Origin: Chromera velia
Lineage: Eukaryota
Length of the DNA stretch: 54,457 bases
NCBI GenBank assembly: GCA_018398765.1
Contig: JAHBMJ010000142.1
Location: 1 to 54,457 of the forward strand
Reading direction: 5' to 3'
Numbering within the stretch: position 1 is the stretch's first letter; each line of letters opens with the position of its first letter. Shown here one piece after another: positions 47,989-54,457 of the stretch. The translations under genes were made by a program, and so were the position numbers. A model generated the notes under the pieces. The model worked only from the letters and a program-made list of their open reading frames with translations, did not search any database and was not told where the DNA came from.

Positions 47989-50181
47989 GAGAGAGACAGA
48001 GGGGGGGGGGAGAGGAAGTACACTCAGATGCGGAGCGGCCGACAGAAGGAGAAAAAGACAGACCTCTCTTCTTCGCGTTTTCATCACCCGGAGGAAGCAA
48101 GGAAGGAAGGACAGAAAGAAAGCAAGAAAGCAAGAGAGAGAGAGAGAGAGAAAAGGAAGGAAGGAAGGAAGGAAGGAAAGAAAGAAAGAAAAGAAAGAGA
48201 GAAAGAGAGAAAGAGAGAAAGGAGTAAGGCAGAAAGAGAAAAACGGCAGAAACAGGAAAGAAAGGGGAAAAACTTCCACAGCGAAGAGAGAGAGAGGAGG
48301 GAGGGAAGAAGGCATATGCAGCCCCTCCATCAAGCAGGAAGGCACACAGACAGACAGACAGACGCAATCAAGCATAACAACAAACAAAAGAGAGAGCATC
48401 CATCTATGGATGGATCGATCGCCTTTCTTCTCTTCCTCCCCTCACAGCGTCCAATCCTGCCTGCCTGCAAGGGAGGGCCTCACCTCGATCTCCCATTCCA
48501 GAGAGTCCAAAGCCGAAGGGCCCGAGGGGGACAGCGCCGCAGCAGCCTGCAGGGAAGGAAGGGAGGGAGGGACCGGACCAGAGGACAGCACAGCGCAACG
48601 CTAAGATTGGACGGACAGAAGAATTAACTGGGCAGACAGACAGACAGACAGACAGAAAGACAGAGAGAAAGACTAAGAGAAAGAGAGAGAGAGCAGTGCG
48701 GAATCGCTCTGGTGGACGGACAAGAAAACCTTTGCTTGCCTTGTCGCCTTCCTGGCTTCTTACACATTAATTATATTCCGGCTCGCTGGAGGTCAGACAA
48801 ACAAACAAGCACTCGGGGGGACGTCGAGAGAGCGCTCAGGCAGAAAACAAAGCGCCATGGGAGTCTGCCGCCCCCCGCGCGATCGGCCGGGATGATTCCT
48901 CTCCCACCCGAATCCCCACCCCCCCTGTATGCCCTCGCACTGTGCACGCGCGTCTGTGCCCACTGGTTAGCACAGGCGGGGACTCGGAAGCAGACCTACA
49001 CGCGCATGCATGCATGCACGCACGCACGCCGGCACAAAGATACGTGCGAGACAGACTATATCGTCTGTTCTTCACTTCACTTTTTCAAGACACAGACAGA
49101 CTATATGTTTCTTCTTCTTACAGACAGACTATATGACAGACTATATCGTCTTTTCTTCACTTCACTTTTTCCACAGACAGACAGACAGACAGACAGACTA
49201 TATGTTTCTTCTTCTCCCTTCTTTTCTTCAGACAGACAGACAGACAGACAGACTATATGTGACAGACAGACAGACTGTATGTGACAGACAGACAGACAGA
49301 CTATATCGTCTTTTCTTTCCCTTTTTCTCCTTCTTCATTCTCTTCTGTTTCTCTCTTTCTTCTTTTGGCGCGCTCTTTCAGTGGAAGGGTACCAGAGCTC
49401 CAGGCAGACAGACAGGCAGACAGACAGGCAGGCAGGGGAGAAAAAGAGACAGCAGAGAGAAGAGGCGAGGAGAGGAAGGGAAGAAAGAGGGGGAGAGAAA
49501 CAGACTGTATGTTTTTTTTTCTCCTCTTCTCCATGAACACAACAGACAAAAAGAAAGAAAGGGACAAAAACAAAAGAACATCACGACAGAGAGAGAGAGA
49601 GAGAGACAAAGGGAGAGAGGGGAGCGCGGGGCAGCGGAGAGGAAGAGAGAGCCTAGTCGCAAGGACGAGGCACTCACCTGTTTTCCAAGTGCCACAAAAG
49701 CCCGTAGACTGTCCTCATCGAGCTCCATTATCTCCAAGACTGCTGCCCCCCGATGCAGGCGGAAGGCTTCCGCCACCTCGGTCAGCAGTTGTCTTCTTTT
49801 TTTCTCCTCCGCAGAGCCAGCGTTCATCGCTTCGGCGGAGACGGCACCAAGGGTAGAGGAGGCCATGGGGCAATGTGGAGCAACAGGAACGGATGTCGCG
49901 GGGACAGCTACAGAGTGGCCTGTGACATTATCAATTCCATGCTTCTCCTTCCGATGAGATAAAAGACTTCCCTTCTGGACATAAGTCTTCCGACACCTGT
50001 TTACTCCACACACAAACCGCTGGGCATCCTTTTCCTTTTCCTTCTCCTTCACATTATCCACTTTCCTCTGCGCCTTTTTGTCCTTGTCTCCCTCCCCTCC
50101 TGCCTTTTCCGAAATCTCCACCACCACCTCTTTCTCTTTCACCTTCTCCTTCGTCTTCTTCTTCTCTGCGTCTTTGCCCAT
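46621..50181 (-). CDS. C2H2 zinc-finger, Lys/Glu-rich probable nuclear protein, ~499 aa
   Basis: Phase-0 exons 50181-49678, 48546-48484, 47553-46621. Finger FVCGVNRCRKTYVQKGSLLSHRKEKH; NLS-like KKRKRK clusters. 3' end and possible extra exons uncertain. Confidence 0.7.
46864..47029 (-). repeat. 39-bp coding tandem repeat, 4 copies (xARLVGEAVEKKN)
   Basis: GCATTCTTCTTTTCGACAGCCTCACCCACCAGTCGTGCA repeated in frame within the last C2H2-gene exon. Confidence 0.9.
49049..49550 (-). repeat. Head-to-tail array of (GACA)n-GACTATAT(C)GT... repeat fragments in C2H2-gene intron 1
   Basis: About nine GACAGACT(A/G)TAT motifs, each followed by a variable-length piece of shared pyrimidine-rich sequence. 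The longest extends into the 28321-type repeat. Confidence 0.75.
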
Positions 50182-50605
50182 TCCGGTCAAGGAGATTACA
50201 GGTGCGCAGAATGAGAATCGGTAAAATCCAATCAAAGGATGTAACAATTAAACAGTATCAGCGAGGCAGATACCACGCGAGCACTCCAGCAAAGAAGACG
50301 ATCTGCAAACGGTAACCGGCAATCAGTCCAAGCTCGCAACATCTCGCAACGATTAAGGCAGCGGAATTATAGGGGTCCGAGGGACAGGGATGGAAAGGGA
50401 CGGGCTGCGGCGCTGCGCGCGCGGGCCGCGGCCGCGCGGGGTTGGCCCTCGAGACCCCGCCCCCCCAAGGGCCCCCCCCCGACGACCGCACTCAGATAAT
50501 CATACACAAATCTTTTTTTCCGGGCCATTATTTTTTTTTTCAAGTCATCATCTAAATGGTTAATTCACAAATCAAGTTGGAGAGAAGTAGATGGAAGGGC
50601 TCCAA

Positions 50606-53600
50606 TGATGATTGAAAGTTTTTTCATGTATACCGTGTCCCTATATATGAGGGGCGGATCTAACCTAGTTTATCGATTTGTTCCGTCCTAAGACTACCAG
50701 CGACAAAAATAGGCGCGACTTCGATCACCCTGATACAGCTGATCAATCGCGGCTTCACAACAGGTTGGACAATCAAAAGAGAGAGAAAAGAGACAGAGGG
50801 GATACAGGGTAGAACCTTCGAGACACTTCAGTTCTTTCATTAAAAAAAGGCTACCCTTTTAATCAGAAAGACCTTAATTGTGTAGAGGTGCTACAGTATC
50901 CCATACGTCTTCCATCCCTTCAAAAAACTCCTGCTTTAAACACCCCATCAAAACTCTTTCCCTAAACTTTTCCAGTTCATTTGCTTGCGCTTTTACCCAT
51001 CCCTCTTCTTTCTTCTCATTTTCTTCTCGCATTACCAAAAAAATTCTTTCAGTTTGCGCCCTCCCGGTTAAAAAACCTAGAGAACACGGCTACTTCCCTT
51101 CCGAGCAGACGCTTGGGCTGGAAGGGGCCCTTTGTGCCCCTCCTGCTATGAATAAAAGACAGAAGGTTTGCTGCGACAGATCGCTGCAGAGTACAAGACA
51201 AGAGCTTGTAGTATCGGTCCATCAACCTTGCTTAGACTGCTTTATCTCCCTCCCTACCCCTCACCCTCCCTGCTCCCAACTTTGCCACTTCCTTCAAAAA
51301 CCTTACTACTCCCTCCCTTGGTCTAAGCCTTTCATAAGTTTCAAAAACAAGCGGCATAAAACGGAAACCGATTTCATGGCAGATCTCCCCATACCTGTCA
51401 TTCTTCACTTTCTCCATTCCCCTCGCTGCTGACCCTACTGTTTTTGCGACCTCCCTGAACCTTACTACCACTTAAAAGTTAAAGCCGCATTTTTGGATAA
51501 GCTTAAAAATCCATGCCGCAGATGTGGATCACTTACGGTGTCTTGAAAGCCAAAGCTGCATATCTGGATGGTGTTTTGACCGTGTACGCCGCAAGCATGG
51601 ACGGTCTCTTGAAAAACAATGCCGCAGATAGAGATCATCTTGATTATATTTTTTTAAGTAACACTTAGGTTTAGGGAGATTATTTTTGTAAATCAGTGTA
51701 GACGGTTAGTATCGATGGAAAATGGATGGGTGACAGTGACGTCGGCGAGCACTGTATCTCCGGACGGGAGCCCCACGAGAAAATCAGGGCGTTTCTGTCT
51801 CTCTTCAACCAAACGGGCTAGCAGACGGGTTGTGGTAGACAGCCCGAGCTGCCCAAACGTAGGCTCTCTTGTCATATAGCAGTGACGGAGCCCTTGAAGG
51901 AGGGAGTAAAAGGTGTCCTTTATTTGTTCATACCGCCACCAGACCCCCTCCCCTGTCTCGCAGGTCTGTGCATGTTGTCCCTCTATGTCCAGCGGGGCTC
52001 CACACGCACAGATAGGGTTTCTTCTGATCTCTGGAATGGACAAGCCGAGGCGGAAACAGATGGCTGTGGTGAAAAGGGTTGGAGAAATATGAGTCCAATC
52101 TGAAGACGGTATGGCTGTCAGCCAAGCAGAGGCGCCTGTGCCTGTGCAGGATCGCAGACGGGCCTTCCCTTCGGCTGGCAAAGCGGCTAAGAGCTTTTTG
52201 GAGCTTTTTCCTAGAGCTTTTCCCTCTGAACTAGGTGCAGCGCTTCCATCATGAGGTGCTGCACCTCCCGTCTCTCCCACAATAACCAATCTTCCATTCT
52301 CTCTCCCCACTGAAGTTCCAGAACTCGAGGAACCTTTCCAAGATCCCGTTCGGTCCCTCCCCTACAATTAGTGTAAGCTTGCTCTGCCCTCTTTACCCAA
52401 AACAGACCTGCAAAGTCTGCCTTTGTTGGTGTTCCGAAACCCTGCTCTGTTAATCGGGTCCTCACTGCTGTAAGGGTGTGTGCCGCGCAGCCTGCTGAGG
52501 CTGCTGGTGCAATAAAATGGAAAAAAGGGATCCCCAGTCCCCCCTGATACAATGGGAGATGCGCCTGGCTCTGTTTTTGGGTCTATTCTTCTGGGCTGAG
52601 GCGCATGCTGCGGGCGAAAGACTCCCCCAACTCCTTGTCTGCTCTTTCTCATACGTCTGTCTGGAGTCTGTCCCCCATCATCCGCGCCAAGTAGACAAGT
52701 TTGGGGAAGATACAGTAACGAAACAGCAGGCTGCATCCTTGGGGAACTCCGTACCCCTCCACACACTTTCCCAGCTTTGTTGCTTCTGCTAGCTTCTTTT
52801 CGAACAGGCTGTTCACAAACGAGTCTTCACTCCCCCCTGCCCCCATCAACTTATAGCTTTGTGTCGATACCTCTAGTCCTGGGGGGCGTTGTTGTGGGAT
52901 CTCTCTTTCTGACTTCCCTCTCCAACTGGGAGAAAAAGCTGCGCTCTTATCTTTACCCAGATTGAGCGTCAGGCCATATTCTCCCAAAATTTCTATACAA
53001 TCTGACCAGGTAGAGGTTAGACAGTCAGCAGAGCTGGCAGGGAAAATAATAGAGAGATCATCTATATATGCACCTATGAAACATCCCGCCCTCTCGTGCT
53101 TCTCGTGCAGCCTATTTTGCAACTTTTTTAAAGCAGGTTTTAGGCTAAGACAAAAAAGAAGCGGCCCTGCAACATCTCCCTGTTGTACTACTCCTTCTTG
53201 ACTTATGAAAGTACGCAGTCTGCCTTTCTAGTCATGAAAGAAGATTAGGACTGGCGCACCATACCAGAGAGAAAAGAAATGAAACAGCTCAAAAAAATGC
53301 TTACGCAGCTCGTCCATCGCTTTCTGTCTATCGCAAGTGTTGAATGCGTTGTTTGCATCTATCTAGAGGAGGATGGAGTTACTAGGACAAAGCTGCAAAC
53401 AAGTTTGGACTGCTCTGAAAAGTTTGTCTGTCCCTGCACTCGTTCTTACCGCATACTGCAATGCCCCGAGGTGTTCCTCAAACTTCTCCCCGTACTTAAT
53501 CAGGATTGCCTTCGTGACCTATCTTCGGAGCACATCCCCGATCGTGATCGATTTCATCTTATCGCCTTTCACGTCCTTATTGAGGGCAAAAGACCTCCCG

Positions 53601-54457
53601 CTTGTGAGCAAGCGAAGAAGGGACAGAGGGGCGTTGCCCACTGCCAGTTGCTGGGCGACGGTGAAGAGAGCACACTACCCTGCTGTACCCCCCCTTCCTG
53701 ATCCGTCGCCTAGGAGAAAGAAATAAATGTAATCATATCGCTACCCTGAGATTCCCTGGGCAGAGCCTCGGGCGGCAGAGCAGGCTACTTGTAGGAGGGA
53801 ATCGAGCGTAAGCTCAAGGCGGAGCAGGTCTAATGCGAAAGCTTTGGTCTCGTATCAGATCCTACGCGGGGGATAGAGATCCTTCAGTTTACGGAATGTC
53901 TTCATGTTTGGGGTAGCGATCCCTAAGGAGCCTAGGTGGGAGACTGCTTTAGAGAGGGCCCCGTCTTTGATGAGGGCATCCACATGGCGGCGCATGCTGT
54001 CTTTGGTGGCCTGCTGTGACGGTTTCCTCCCTTTCCTCTTCTCTATCTGTTTCTCTCTCATTCTGACAATATCAGATCTTAAAGATGAAACTAAGACTTC
54101 AAATTTTCCCCTCTAAAAGGCTGATATTCGGCGTCTCCGTGCTGTAAGAGATACATTCCCTCCTTTCCTATCTACCTTCAGAAAGAGGGACGGAAAATAG
54201 AAGAGCGCTTTCCAAGCCCTCTTTGCTACTGCAAGGTCATCGTTCTGAATTCTCTGGGCAACTCTTCTAGGATGGCAAGCAGTGCAGGGCAAAGGGTGAC
54301 ATTGATATGTTTGTCCGTCGATATGTCTAGGTTGTTAGGGGCTTCGGCCTCGAGATCTATGGAGTCCCAAAATTTCTATTTTAATTTCTTCCCACTCTGC
54401 AATGGTAACTTCGGGATCCTTTTCATCTTCGTTTCTCCCCCCCCCCCCCCCCCCCCC
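50606..54457 (-). mobile_element. Degenerate CRE-clade-like non-LTR retrotransposon (RT plus restriction-like endonuclease); 5' part outside the window
   Basis: RT motifs on the minus strand: GDVLRR*V.K, LQYAV...G, IDANNAFNT, GVVQQGDVAGPLLF, AYIDD, GLTLN..K. Then GGLGIP, SAWLTAIP, C-x-C..D..GQHAQTC zinc knuckle, RPD..ADVTVTHP and FMPLVFETY (RLE), LSCTLQRSVA. Many in-frame stops and frameshifts; 3' UTR ~51050-50606. Confidence 0.88.

Noticed and set aside
1..54457. tRNA, rRNA, CRISPR-Cas or prokaryotic operon-type systems
   Set aside because: None recognised; the sequence is spliceosomal-intron-containing eukaryotic DNA. Small ncRNAs could have been missed without a covariance-model search.

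Overview
Eukaryotic nuclear DNA with intron-rich genes whose introns are full of microsatellites ((GACA)n, (GAAA)n, (CA)n, (GA)n). AT-rich spacers separate the genes, and there are several N gaps. Style and gene content point to a chromerid alveolate, most likely Chromera velia (inference). I built spliced models by hand from GT-AG sites and exon phases: (1) a two-KH-domain RNA-binding protein (-); (2) an apicomplexan-type alpha/beta serine hydrolase with a ~1,800-aa disordered tail (+); (3) a Bet1-like Qc-SNARE with one exon not found (+); (4) a HDHD1/PUDP-type HAD phosphatase with a probable plastid leader (+); (5) a CCCH zinc-finger gene with two unresolved frame changes (-); (6) a signal-peptide/TM acid phosphatase lacking its catalytic exons (+); (7) a C2H2 zinc-finger K/E-rich protein (-). 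The window ends in a decayed CRE-like non-LTR retrotransposon (-). Most notable observations: a RIP-like CpA/TpG->TpA mutation signature in three independent repeats; arrays of (TCTG)n-tailed repeat fragments in introns, mostly in the host gene's sense orientation; a 48-bp exon-start duplication separated by a perfect hairpin that creates an AG|GT recursive/new-intron configuration; and donor-site-seeded (GTNN)n microsatellites. All calls come from reading the sequence; no database searches were run.
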